Below the pieces are notes generated by a model that ran no database searches, had not been told where the DNA came from, and saw only the letters and a list, made by a program, of their open reading frames with translations. A stretch of 61,310 bases of DNA, filler included, from Candidatus Babelota bacterium (lineage in GTDB: Bacteria; JAGOBX01): NCBI GenBank assembly GCA_017999075.1. It is 13 parts of 13 records of this genome, joined end to end, with 100 filler letters (N's around TTAATTAATTAA, not from the genome) between each part and the next. Parts side by side here need not be neighbours in the genome. Positions count along the whole stretch, not along the records: positions 40,739 to 57,649 come from JAGOBX010000017.1; 12 more parts are not named here. The stretch is one strand, 5' to 3'. Positions 41,493 through 51,605 of this stretch are shown here, piece by piece. The position numbers were made by a program, and so were the translations under genes. Within the stretch, counting starts at the first letter, position 1. Each line of letters begins with the position of its first letter.

Positions 41493-42962
41493 ATGAATTC
41501 AAGTACAATATTAATTGTAGATAATGAAAAAGAAGTTGTAGATCTTGTCAAGTTGGGACTTGATATTGAAGGATATAAATGCATTGAAGCTTATTCAGGC
41601 CGGCAGGCATTGGAATTGTTAAAAAAAAATGAAATTGATTTGATCCTTCTTGACATAATGATGGATGACATGGATGGATTCGAAACTCTCCGTGAAATAC
41701 GAACTGACAGAAAATACGATAATATCCCTATTTTAATGCTAACTGCAAAACCAGAAGATGAAAATGTAGAATTAACTTTTGCAGGCGGTGCTGATGATTA
41801 TATAGCGAAACCTTTCACCTTTGATATTCTGCTTGCCCGCATCAACAAAGCTCTTGCAAGACGTAAAAAAAATATTGATACTGCAACAAAAATTTCAGAA
41901 ATTGAAAATATTAAAAACACTTTTGAACTAATACTCGATAATGCAGGATTCGGACTTATATTATTGTCTAATCATAAAGACATTTTGTTTGTAAATAAAT
42001 TCATTAAAACTGTTTTTATAAAAAACAGCGATTCAAACCTAAATATAAAATCAAACGAACTTTTTGAACTTTGCGGTATACCTGCAGCATTATTATTTAA
42101 TAGTCCTGAAAAAAATAAAATAAATTATACTCACAAAATAAAAAATATTCACGATGCTGATTTAACAATGTATATTGAAGAATACCCTGTTTACAGCAAT
42201 AAAAAAGAAAAAATAGGGGTTGTTCAGGTTTTGGTTGATATTACTGAATACAAAAAAATTGAAGAATTATTTTTGCACAGTGAAAAACTTGCTTCAGTCG
42301 GTCAATTATCTGCAAGTTTAGCTCACGAAATCAATAATCCATTGACTTTACTCTCCGGAATTCTGCAAATGTTCAAATCTTCAAAAAAACTTCCGGCTGA
42401 GTTCCAATCAGATATTTCGACAATGCTTGATATAACCGACAGACTGAAAATATTAATTGAAAAAATGCTGATTTTATCAAGAAAAAATGACGACACCGAA
42501 AAAGCAGAAGAATTAAGTGTTATAGAAATTGTTGAAGAAGCGATTCGGTTAGTCGATTATAAATTTAAAACTTTACGTATTACAATTGAAAAAAATTATA
42601 ATTTGAAAGAACGCTATGTTGTTCAAGTTGCAAAATGGAGCATGGTTCATTGCCTTGTAAATATACTGATTAATGCTATAGACGCTTCAGAAAAAAACGG
42701 AAATAAAATAATAATATCCATTTATAAAAACGGAGCCGATGTTAAAATTTCAATTACTGATTTTGGCGACGGAATATCCGATAAAGTAAAAGAAAATTTA
42801 TTCAAACCATTTTTCACCACAAAACAAATAGGCAAAGGCACAGGATTGGGATTATATATTGTCAAACATATTCTCGAAACGTGCAGCGGCAGCATTGATA
42901 TTCAAAACGCTGAAAATCACAAAGGAGCAGTTGTTACAATAAGTCTCCCTATAAAAAACTGA
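41493..42962 (+). CDS. hybrid sensor histidine kinase (REC-PAS-like-HisKA-HATPase), cytoplasmic
   Basis: LLDIMM..MDG, LTA, KPF; DITE; EKLASVGQLSASLAHEINNPL; NILINAIDA, DFGDG, FKPFFTTK, GTGLGL. Confidence 0.92.
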   Translation: MNSSTILIVDNEKEVVDLVKLGLDIEGYKCIEAYSGRQALELLKKNEIDLILLDIMMDDMDGFETLREIRTDRKYDNIPILMLTAKPEDENVELTFAGGADDYIAKPFTFDILLARINKALARRKKNIDTATKISEIENIKNTFELILDNAGFGLILLSNHKDILFVNKFIKTVFIKNSDSNLNIKSNELFELCGIPAALLFNSPEKNKINYTHKIKNIHDADLTMYIEEYPVYSNKKEKIGVVQVLVDITEYKKIEELFLHSEKLASVGQLSASLAHEINNPLTLLSGILQMFKSSKKLPAEFQSDISTMLDITDRLKILIEKMLILSRKNDDTEKAEELSVIEIVEEAIRLVDYKFKTLRITIEKNYNLKERYVVQVAKWSMVHCLVNILINAIDASEKNGNKIIISIYKNGADVKISITDFGDGISDKVKENLFKPFFTTKQIGKGTGLGLYIVKHILETCSGSIDIQNAENHKGAVVTISLPIKN

Positions 42963-43016
42963 TTCTTTAAATTGTTTATTATTAAATTCTCAAAACCTTG
43001 GAAATCTCGAAAACAG

Positions 43017-43403
43017 TTAATGATTTTTCCAAAATAATTTAGATGTGCAAATTATTATTCCGGCAGTTAAACTTCCTGCAGTATCCGCAATCCAGTCAAA
43101 AAAATCAGATTTCCTGTATATGGTAAAAGACTGATGATATTCATCTGTAACAGCATAAAATACTGCTATCATAATGCACCAGATTATTTTTTTTACAAAT
43201 CGTAATTCAGGCAAAACTTTAGTTGAAGAATAAAATAATGTCATTGTAAACCCTGCATATTCAATCAAATGAAAAATTTTGTCAGAATGCGGAAACGGAG
43301 GTTCAACTACAACAGGTTTATCTATTGACGAAATATAAAAAATAATATACGCATATATAACGCTGGGAAGAATATATAATATTCGAATTATTTTATATTT
43401 CAA
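43017..43403 (-). CDS. VanZ-like family membrane protein
   Basis: IFYISS, DKIFHLIEY, YAVTDEYHQSF...R...FDWIAD.AG. Confidence 0.88.
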   Translation of the reverse strand: MKYKIIRILYILPSVIYAYIIFYISSIDKPVVVEPPFPHSDKIFHLIEYAGFTMTLFYSSTKVLPELRFVKKIIWCIMIAVFYAVTDEYHQSFTIYRKSDFFDWIADTAGSLTAGIIICTSKLFWKNH

Positions 43404-43999
43404 TCAAGCAAACCAGTATATACTAAAAAATTTTTAGTTTGCAGAAAAGCAGAAGCCCTGTGACTTATTGTATTTTTAACGTCTTCTGAAAGAATTCCGA
43501 ATGTCTTATTGAATCCGGACGGAATAAAAATCGGATCATAACCAAACCCTTCTTCTCCCTGTATATCAAAAGAAATATGCCCTGAACAAACTCCCTTGAA
43601 AAAATGAGATTCTCCATCAGGCAATATGCAGCATACAACGCTTATAAATTTAGCTGTACGCCTTTCAACATACACATTTTTCAAGCGTTCTATTACTTCT
43701 TTGTTCTTTTCTTTTTGCGAAAGGGAAGGAAGAAACCTTGCGGAATGAAGTCCCGGAGCTCCGTCAAAAAAATCAATTTCAAGTCCTGAATCATCAGCTA
43801 ATATAATTTTATCTTTAATTTTTTTTCTTACTTCAACAGCTTTTATTCTTGAATTGTCATAATAAGTAGAACCTGTTTCTTCAATATCTTCATTAAATCC
43901 GGCTTCTTTCAAAGTTATAATTTTATTTTTAGAAAAGTTTAATATAGCTCTTATTTCCTTAACTTTGTGGTTATTGTTTGTAGCGATTAATATTTCCAT
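43400..43999 (-). CDS. rdgB: non-canonical purine NTP pyrophosphatase (RdgB/HAM1)
   Basis: IATNNNHKVKE, EETG, ADDSGLE..GAPGLHSARF, GFGYDPIF, KNTISHR. Confidence 0.95.
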   Translation of the reverse strand: MEILIATNNNHKVKEIRAILNFSKNKIITLKEAGFNEDIEETGSTYYDNSRIKAVEVRKKIKDKIILADDSGLEIDFFDGAPGLHSARFLPSLSQKEKNKEVIERLKNVYVERRTAKFISVVCCILPDGESHFFKGVCSGHISFDIQGEEGFGYDPIFIPSGFNKTFGILSEDVKNTISHRASAFLQTKNFLVYTGLLD

Positions 44000-44018
44000 A
44001 AAAATTACCTTCAAAAAA

Positions 44019-44342
44019 TTATAATGTAATATCTATAATATGTCCCCTGACCGGATCAGTTTTGATTTCATTTTCTTTTTTATCAGATTCCATATCATTA
44101 TTTTTTTTTTTCTTGTTATGAGGATTTCTATTTGATTTTTCTTTATTTTCATCATTGATTTTCTGGCCTTCCGTTTCATTGGATTTTACTACGCGTTCTT
44201 CATTTTCTTTCAGTTCTTTAGCAAGATTTTCTATATCGGAATTCATCAAATTAACAGGTAAATCACGCGATTGCTGCTGTTCTTTTCCAACTATCGTCTG
44301 ATTAAGCATCATTATTTGAGCGTCTATAGGATTAATTACCAT
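44019..44342 (-). CDS. hypothetical protein of the type found downstream of fliA in flagellar clusters
   Basis: INPIDAQIMM N-terminus, charged middle and DPVRGHIIDITL C-terminus; co-oriented directly after fliA. Confidence 0.6.
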   Translation of the reverse strand: MVINPIDAQIMMLNQTIVGKEQQQSRDLPVNLMNSDIENLAKELKENEERVVKSNETEGQKINDENKEKSNRNPHNKKKKNNDMESDKKENEIKTDPVRGHIIDITL

Positions 44343-44356
44343 ATTATTAACCTATT

Positions 44357-45196
44357 TTAATTAGTTGTGGATGTGTACCCTAAATTTGTCACTAATCTGC
44401 CTTTAACAATTGATATAGCTTTTGCATGCAACTGCGACGCGCGTGATTCTGTAAGTTCCATTACTTCACCGATTTCTCTTAATGTCAAACCCTCATAATA
44501 ATAAAGAGCCAGCACCAACCGCTCTTTTTCAGGCAAGGAATTTATTGTATTAATTATTTCTTTTTTTATTTCCTCGCGCGTAAGCATAACATCAGGATGA
44601 TCCGTCATAGGAGCCTCAATTGTTTCCATTATAGTAATTTCATCAGCATTAGTTCCTACTGTCCACGTTTCATCAAGAGACATTTGAGAAGTTCCGCTTA
44701 TTTCATAAAGCATATTATAGAATTGGTCTAACGAAATATTAAGATAATTAGCCACAGTTTGATCATCAGGTATAACTCCAAGCCTGCTTTCAAGTTCAGA
44801 ATACGCATTCTGCAATTGCCTTGATTTAATACGGATTGCACGGGGAATCCAGTCATAATTTCGCATTGCATCAAGAATGGCCCCTTTAACGCGCATTGAT
44901 CCGTATGTTATAAATTTATATCCTTTAGCAATATCAAATTTTTCTATTGCATCAATTAGCCCTAAAACTCCATAACTCATCAAATCATCAAATTCCACAT
45001 TCGGCGGCTTGCCAATTGAAAGGCGGCCTGCAACATAACTTACTATATCTCCATAAAATTCTACTAAAGAATTGCGGTTTTCTATTGTTCTGTTTTTTAT
45101 ATAATTCGCCCACAATTCCTGTTCGATTTTTTCCCGTTCTTCTTTTTCTTTTTTTAAATCAACATTTTCTTTGGAAATTTTTGATTTTAAAGCCAT
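44357..45196 (-). CDS. fliA: flagellar sigma factor sigma-28 (FliA/WhiG)
   Basis: DDLMSYGVLGLIDAIEKFD, RVKGAILD..R..DWIPR, LPEKERLVLALYYYEGLTLREIGEVM.LTESRASQLH. Confidence 0.95.
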   Translation of the reverse strand: MALKSKISKENVDLKKEKEEREKIEQELWANYIKNRTIENRNSLVEFYGDIVSYVAGRLSIGKPPNVEFDDLMSYGVLGLIDAIEKFDIAKGYKFITYGSMRVKGAILDAMRNYDWIPRAIRIKSRQLQNAYSELESRLGVIPDDQTVANYLNISLDQFYNMLYEISGTSQMSLDETWTVGTNADEITIMETIEAPMTDHPDVMLTREEIKKEIINTINSLPEKERLVLALYYYEGLTLREIGEVMELTESRASQLHAKAISIVKGRLVTNLGYTSTTN

Positions 45197-45215
45197 ATAC
45201 TTAAAATATTACCTG

Positions 45216-46307
45216 TTATTTTTTTATGTATTCAATAAAATAATATATCATAAACAGCATAAACAATAAACATAAAATCAATATTATTATACTTGAAGTT
45301 TTGCTGGAAGTCAAATTATCATTTGTCATAATTTTATTTGACGGATTAAGCCTCAATTTTGTATATATTCCTGGAATCAATTCAGTTGTTATATTAAAAT
45401 AATCTTTTTCATTTTTATCTATTTTAATAATTTTAGTTTCAATATTATCATTTATAACTTTAAACTGATTGAGTTTCATGATATTAAAAATATAGTTTGA
45501 CTGCGGAGTCGTATCAATAAGTTTAACCATTATTTTATCTCCAACAGCTAATTCCGATACAATTTTAAAATTACTGCGGGCATCTAAATCATTCATTATT
45601 TCTTCACATTTCAGAAATATATCTTTTGCTTGTTTTAAAAACGGATCTTCAGAAGATATTTTATCACCTGATTCTCCAATTGATTCAGGCAATACTGGAT
45701 TTTCGTAATTTTCCGGTTCACGTTCATCTTCTTCATTTCCTGAAACATCCCTGTTCATAAGCAAAAATTCATATTCAGCCTGAGAATATATTTTTTTATC
45801 AGTATCAATTAAAACATTATTATCAAATTGATTTTTTATTAAAGCTACAATAAGATTTTCAAGAGTATTGTCGCAAAAAATTTCAGTAAAATTATTATTA
45901 AATATTTCAAGAATATTCTTTATCTTCTGATTTTGAGAAACTAATCCTCCAAGTTTTTCCGATAAATTTGATAAAAACTCATCAAGAAATATTCTCCTTT
46001 TTTTTATAAAAACTTCAAATTCATTAAAATCCCCTGTTATATTCAAATTCAAAATCTCATCATCCCGGGTAAATAAAAAAACAGGATTTATAAAATTGTT
46101 TTTCTGAAAAAATTTAATAATAAACAATCCGCTTATTTCAGCATTTTCAGCAATAATTCTGCCCTGTATCACGGCAACCTTGGTTTTTATTATATTTATA
46201 GCAGTTTCAATTTTCTGATTGGAAAGAGTTAAAGCCAATTCGGCAATTTTCCTCGTTGACCCTGTTTCTTCTATTATCTTACTTATTATTTCTTCCTGAA
46301 TCGACAT
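45216..46307 (-). CDS. hypothetical protein with C-terminal membrane anchor, between flhG and fliA
   Basis: N-terminal helical bundle (IIEETG..IAELAL..IETAINII), acidic linker, ELAVGDKIMVKLID, C-terminal TM; GAGG RBS before ATG 46307. Confidence 0.7.
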   Translation of the reverse strand: MSIQEEIISKIIEETGSTRKIAELALTLSNQKIETAINIIKTKVAVIQGRIIAENAEISGLFIIKFFQKNNFINPVFLFTRDDEILNLNITGDFNEFEVFIKKRRIFLDEFLSNLSEKLGGLVSQNQKIKNILEIFNNNFTEIFCDNTLENLIVALIKNQFDNNVLIDTDKKIYSQAEYEFLLMNRDVSGNEEDEREPENYENPVLPESIGESGDKISSEDPFLKQAKDIFLKCEEIMNDLDARSNFKIVSELAVGDKIMVKLIDTTPQSNYIFNIMKLNQFKVINDNIETKIIKIDKNEKDYFNITTELIPGIYTKLRLNPSNKIMTNDNLTSSKTSSIIILILCLLFMLFMIYYFIEYIKK

Positions 46308-46410
46308 AAAAATCCTCAACCGATAAATATATCAAATTGATATCACATATAAAAATAAAAATGACAGGCTAAAAATTTTAATTTTGCCTAATCAAAATAT
46401 ACTACTAATT

Positions 46411-47310
46411 TTAGAATCCGAATTTGAATTTATCAAGTATTTTATTTAAAGCGGTTTTCGGCATATAATTTTTATCTTCCAGCAGATGATTGGATATATA
46501 AGTTTGAATTGTTTTATAAAAACCGGTTTCTTTAATATTTATAGGTTGATCAGAATTTTCTTTAAGTTTTTTATCAAATTCAATTTTAATATTTTGGGAG
46601 ATTTTCAAATTTTCCATTTTCTGTAATTCGTTAAAAAAATTATTCATTACACTTTTTGAATTTATTCCGGTAAATTCATTAAACGCAAAACTAATAGGAT
46701 ATTCTTTTTGTAAAACAGAATTAAACTGAAACAGTAGAGAAAGAGTATTAGAAACAGCATTAAAATCATTATTTATTACACACCATATTTCATCAGCAAT
46801 ATCAGAGATATTTTCAAGAAATTCCGAAACGCATATTGCCGTATCTATTAAAACAAAATCAAAATTAGACAATCTTGCCTGATACATTACTATTTTTATC
46901 AGCTGATATTCCACTCCCCTTATTTCATTACTTATTTGAAATACGCATTGTTTTGTATCAACAGATGAACAAACATTAAAACATGAATTTTCAAGCAAAT
47001 TAGATTTATTCACTTTAATAAGATCACATTCGGGGAAATAAGATGATACATCGGAATAGTGTTTATTCATATCTATAATTGCAGTCTTTTTCCCTGATTT
47101 TTTCAAAATATCGGCAAATGAATAAATCAATAAACTCTTGCCTACTCCGCCCTTTGCGCTGATAAAACAAATAACTTTAGAATTGGACTGGTTCTGGTCG
47201 ATAAGATTTTTATATATTTCTGTAATATCTTTAACATTTTTTATGTCATCGATAAGATTGCTTAATTTATTTTGATTGACTTTAGCCCGTAATTTTTGCG
47301 CCTGATCCAT
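46411..47310 (-). CDS. flhG: FlhG/FleN (MinD-like) flagellar regulator, divergent
   Basis: MDQAQKLR activator motif, deviant Walker A SAKGGVGKS, position directly after flhF, and a C-terminal amphipathic helix. Confidence 0.8.
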   Translation of the reverse strand: MDQAQKLRAKVNQNKLSNLIDDIKNVKDITEIYKNLIDQNQSNSKVICFISAKGGVGKSLLIYSFADILKKSGKKTAIIDMNKHYSDVSSYFPECDLIKVNKSNLLENSCFNVCSSVDTKQCVFQISNEIRGVEYQLIKIVMYQARLSNFDFVLIDTAICVSEFLENISDIADEIWCVINNDFNAVSNTLSLLFQFNSVLQKEYPISFAFNEFTGINSKSVMNNFFNELQKMENLKISQNIKIEFDKKLKENSDQPINIKETGFYKTIQTYISNHLLEDKNYMPKTALNKILDKFKFGF

Positions 47311-47311
47311 A

Positions 47312-48814
47312 TCACGAATTATTTTCCTTATCTTGTGAATTACCGAAAATAATAGCCTTAGCAAGTTTTGCCGGATCAAAATATTCTATATCGTCAGGCA
47401 CATCCTGTCCAGTCGTAACATATACTATTTTAAGTTTATGTTTATCTACTATATTTAGTATAGGCCCGAAAGTTATGGTCTCATCAATTTTGGTTATAAT
47501 CAATTTTTTAAACCCGACATTTCTGAATTTATGAATTATGTCTTCAATGTCCGAATATTTTGTTGTAGCCTGAATAACAAGACACGTTTCAAGTTCAGCT
47601 CCTGCGCCTTCCACAAACTTGGCCAATTCGAGCATTTGTTCCTCATCTTTAGGACTTCTGCCTGCAGTATCAACAATAATAATTTCCATATCATTAAAAT
47701 CATTAAGCGTTTTGTCAAAATCTTCAGGTTTAAAAATTACCTTAACAGGAGTTTCAAGTATCTCAGCGTATTTTTGAAGCTGTTCAACTGCAGCCAATCT
47801 ATAAGTATCTATAGTAATAAACCCTACTTTCCTGCCATAAATAAGAGAAAAATTTGCTCCTAATTTGGCTACAGTAGTTGTTTTTCCAACTCCTGTAGGT
47901 CCTATTAACGTTAGAATATACGGTTTTTTAATTTTTCCAAAATCAATTTCTTCAACAGGTTTAAAAATTTTTATAATATTTTTTTCAATCAGTTTCTGGA
48001 CAAGTTTTACATTATTATATTCTTCTTCATTTTTTAATTCATTTTTAACTTCATTTATAATTCTGTCAGCAAGCGATTCATCAACTTCATTTTCAATAAG
48101 CCTAATATAAACTTCTGACAACTTCCCCGGATATTTTATTTTATCAGAACCAGATATGTCTGTCTTTTCAATTATCTTAGCCATATTTCTGCTCAGACTT
48201 TGTATTTCATCTTTCAATTGTTTGATTTCATTATTTAGTTTAGAATTATAATCTGGTTCAACATTCTTTTGTTCCTGTTTTACCCCTTGATATTTATTGA
48301 TTCCAAAATTTCCTTTATTCGCAACATACGGATTTGACAATTGATTTTTTTGAATACCCAATTTTGACAAATTTTCTTTATTAGGCGAAGCTCCATATCC
48401 GGCGGCATTTTTAGTTTTTACATCAAAAACAGATTTTTCTTTAAGTTCATCAGAAACAGTATCGTCGTCAATAGTCAAATCCAGTCCTGATGAAAAATTT
48501 TTTGACTCATTCAGATTTTTTGTTTTATTTAACATGTTAAGTATTTTCTGTTTGTTTTCTTTTTCTTTATTATCAGAAACTCCGGAATCATAATTTTTTT
48601 TGCTGTTTTGATATTGAACAGATTTCGAAGGTTTCTGTTGCTGTGAGACAGGAGGCTTTAATGCTGTCACCTGATATACAGGCGTACTGAATAAACCAAA
48701 CACTCCGCCTTTTTTTATTTTTTTATGACCTACGATAATAGCATCCTTGCCAAGGTCTATCTGCATTTTCAAAAGCGCCTGCGAAAGCGTTTCCCCTTCA
48801 TATACTTTACGCAT
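47312..48814 (-). CDS. flhF: flagellar SRP-family GTPase FlhF
   Basis: LGKDAIIV..KKGGVFGLF, GPTGVGKTTTVAKL, DTYRLAAVEQL, DTAGRS, TKIDET, TTGQDVPDDI. Confidence 0.96.
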   Translation of the reverse strand: MRKVYEGETLSQALLKMQIDLGKDAIIVGHKKIKKGGVFGLFSTPVYQVTALKPPVSQQQKPSKSVQYQNSKKNYDSGVSDNKEKENKQKILNMLNKTKNLNESKNFSSGLDLTIDDDTVSDELKEKSVFDVKTKNAAGYGASPNKENLSKLGIQKNQLSNPYVANKGNFGINKYQGVKQEQKNVEPDYNSKLNNEIKQLKDEIQSLSRNMAKIIEKTDISGSDKIKYPGKLSEVYIRLIENEVDESLADRIINEVKNELKNEEEYNNVKLVQKLIEKNIIKIFKPVEEIDFGKIKKPYILTLIGPTGVGKTTTVAKLGANFSLIYGRKVGFITIDTYRLAAVEQLQKYAEILETPVKVIFKPEDFDKTLNDFNDMEIIIVDTAGRSPKDEEQMLELAKFVEGAGAELETCLVIQATTKYSDIEDIIHKFRNVGFKKLIITKIDETITFGPILNIVDKHKLKIVYVTTGQDVPDDIEYFDPAKLAKAIIFGNSQDKENNS

Positions 48815-48815
48815 A

Positions 48816-50900
48816 CTACATTGTCACCATTCCGACGGCCTGAACTTCCACATTAGAAACTATTTCGTTATATGATAAAACTATAAGACCTGGGGCAGTC
48901 CGTTCTGTTAAATCCTTAAAATACGGCCTGATATTAGGCGCCACTAATATTACAGGCTGCAGTCCTTTTTCAACTACAGTATTAATCGTTTCCCCGAGTT
49001 TAGATAATAATCTCTGTAATTTTACCGGATCCAATGAAATAAAATTTCCTTCCTGGCTTTCTCTGACATTATCGGCAAGTTCCTTTTCAAGCTGAGGAGA
49101 TAAAGTTATAACATTCAATCTTCCATCTTGTGAGAGCAGCATTGAACAGATCTGCCGGCTAACTCCAAGCCTGACATATTCAGTTAATATACGTGGGTCT
49201 TTTACAGTTCTTCCTTTATCAGCAAGTATCTCAAAAATTGCAGGCAGATTTTTTATCGGTATTCCCTCTTTCAAAAGGTATTGTAAAACTTTTTGAACAT
49301 CACTTATAGATAATATTGTAGGTATAACTTCGTCAACAAGTTGCGCATATTCTTCTTTTACCTTTGCAAGAAGAGTATTCATTGATTTGCGATCAAGAAG
49401 TTCATGTGCATTGCGTTTTATTATTTCTGTTAAATGAGTGGCGATAATCGAAGGAGGATCCACCACAGTATATCCAAGAAGTTCAGCCTGTTCTCTTTGA
49501 TTATCAGTAATCCAGGTGGCAGGAAGTCCAAATGCAGGTTCAATAGTCTCAATTCCCTGAAGTTTTTCAGCAATATTCCCCGGATTCATAGCAAGAAACT
49601 TATCTGGATAAACTTCGCCCCCTGCAATTTCCACGCCTTTGATTTTTATAACATACGCATTTGGACGCAGTTGCATATTATCTCTTATTCTTATTGGCGG
49701 AACAATAATTCCGTAATCAAGAGCGCTTTGTCTTCTTAATAAAGTTATGCGTTCTAACAAATCTCCTCCCTGCTCAGGAGCAACAAGAGGTATAAGTCCA
49801 TACCCTATCTCAAGTTCCATTGTATCTACCTGAATAAGCGAAGCAACATTTTCAGGCTGCCGCACTTCTTCTTTTGCGGAATCACTTTTTTTCTTAACAT
49901 CTTCTGATTCTCTATTTTTTAAAATACCGCTCATACCAAATCCAACGCCACCGATGATAACAGCAACAACAGACATAGGCAAAGTAGGCAATGGAGTAAA
50001 AATTCCAAGTCCTAATAAAGCTCCTGCCGTAATATATAAAACTTTCGGCTGCTGAGTCAACTGTGAAGTTAATTCCGAACCCATATCATTATCTGAAGCA
50101 GCTCTTGTAACTATAATACCTGTTGCCACTGAAATTAATAGCGCAGGAATCTGTGCCACAAGTCCATCGCCTATAGTTAACAACGTGTATGTTTTGGCAG
50201 CTTCAGTCAAGGCTTCCTGGCGCATCCAAACTCCTATGGCCCATCCGCCTAAAATATTTATTACTGTAATTATTAGTCCGGCTATTACATCTCCTGATAT
50301 AAATTTAGAAGCTCCATCCATAGCTCCATAAAAATCAGCTTCACGTCTAATTTCTTTTCTTCGTTTATCAGCTTCCTGTTCAGTAATTGCCCCCGAATTT
50401 AAATCTGCATCTATAGCCATCTGTTTCCCTGGCATAGCGTCAAGTGTAAATCTTGCAGCAACTTCTGCGACTCGAGTCGAGCCTTTTACTATAACCATAA
50501 ACTGTATAATAACCAAAATCAAAAATATTACTATTCCAACAATATAATTTCCGCCGACCACGAAATCTCCAAAAGCAGTTATTACTCCTTCCACTCCCTG
50601 TCTGCCTTCAAGTAGAATTAGTCTTGTTGAAGATACATTTAACGCAAGCCTGAATAAAGTAGTTATCAATAATAAAGACGGGAAAATGGAAAAATCAGCC
50701 GGTTTTTTTAAATATGTTACACTTAATATTATTATTAAACCTATAGCTATACTTATTGTCAGAAGGACATTCAGCATCCAGGTATAAATAGGAATAACCA
50801 GCATTATAACTATAGCTATTACACCTAAAGCGACAAGTAAATCACCATTTTTCAAAAGTTTTTGTAACGGAATTTCTTCTACTTTTGACGCAGCCGCCAT
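48816..50900 (-). CDS. flhA: flagellar export apparatus protein FlhA
   Basis: FPSLLLITTLFRLALNVSSTRLIL, RVAEVAARFTLDAMPGKQMAIDADLN, FYGAMDGASKF, LEIGYGLI, EPAFGLPA.WI, VLSYNEI. Confidence 0.97.
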   Translation of the reverse strand: MAAASKVEEIPLQKLLKNGDLLVALGVIAIVIMLVIPIYTWMLNVLLTISIAIGLIIILSVTYLKKPADFSIFPSLLLITTLFRLALNVSSTRLILLEGRQGVEGVITAFGDFVVGGNYIVGIVIFLILVIIQFMVIVKGSTRVAEVAARFTLDAMPGKQMAIDADLNSGAITEQEADKRRKEIRREADFYGAMDGASKFISGDVIAGLIITVINILGGWAIGVWMRQEALTEAAKTYTLLTIGDGLVAQIPALLISVATGIIVTRAASDNDMGSELTSQLTQQPKVLYITAGALLGLGIFTPLPTLPMSVVAVIIGGVGFGMSGILKNRESEDVKKKSDSAKEEVRQPENVASLIQVDTMELEIGYGLIPLVAPEQGGDLLERITLLRRQSALDYGIIVPPIRIRDNMQLRPNAYVIKIKGVEIAGGEVYPDKFLAMNPGNIAEKLQGIETIEPAFGLPATWITDNQREQAELLGYTVVDPPSIIATHLTEIIKRNAHELLDRKSMNTLLAKVKEEYAQLVDEVIPTILSISDVQKVLQYLLKEGIPIKNLPAIFEILADKGRTVKDPRILTEYVRLGVSRQICSMLLSQDGRLNVITLSPQLEKELADNVRESQEGNFISLDPVKLQRLLSKLGETINTVVEKGLQPVILVAPNIRPYFKDLTERTAPGLIVLSYNEIVSNVEVQAVGMVTM

Positions 50901-51008
50901 TCAGTAATACCTCGTTTTTATTTAGCAGTCATAAATTATTATCAAAAAAACACCGATTAAATTTTCATCCCTGTTTAGGATTATTTTTTCCCGCAATATA
51001 AAAAATAT

Positions 51009-51347
51009 CTAAAAATATTTTTCAAGAGCTTCATCTACATTTTCAAATTTCGGGATTAAATTATATAATTTGGTTGAAGTAAACAATTTATCAAGGTTTT
51101 CGTCTTGAATACCGCACACGCAGAATTTTCCATTTAAATCAGTTATAAGTTTATTGGTTAAAATTACCGAACCTATAGTTCCGCTGTCAATATACGTGCA
51201 TTGGCTTAAATCAAGTATAAATCTATTTTGAGTTTTCACTCCTATCAACTTTACAAGTTCATTAAGTTTTTTTTCAGTTTGAATAGATGTATCTCCAAAA
51301 ATCTTCAATATCGCAACATTATTTTTAATTTCTTTGGTAACATTCAT
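51009..51347 (-). CDS. STAS domain anti-sigma factor antagonist
   Basis: ILDLSQCTYIDSGTIG, FENVDEAL; 112 aa. Confidence 0.88.
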   Translation of the reverse strand: MNVTKEIKNNVAILKIFGDTSIQTEKKLNELVKLIGVKTQNRFILDLSQCTYIDSGTIGSVILTNKLITDLNGKFCVCGIQDENLDKLFTSTKLYNLIPKFENVDEALEKYF

Positions 51348-51605
51348 AATTTTTCAAAATTCAAATGCATTTTCAATTGTAATGTCTTAAATATCAAAAC
51401 AAAATAGCATAATGCATTATCCAATATTTTAAGTCATTAAACATAATAATTAAATCTTATTTAAGATAATATGTTATGCTAATAAAGTCAATTTTTTTTT
51501 TGTTTTTGTAACAGTGAAAAAGCAATTATAAAAAAAACACTTGAATTTTTAATGGATACTTTGTATTTTAAATAATTTAAAAATAAATTTAAACGGTAAG
51601 GTTTA

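Noticed and set aside
43017..43403. Glycopeptide resistance (vanZ)
   Set aside because: Generic short VanZ-like family protein in a housekeeping context with no van cluster.
50901..51008. Sigma-28 promoter upstream of flhA
   Set aside because: The only TAAA...CCGAT-like match is on the opposite strand and imperfect.
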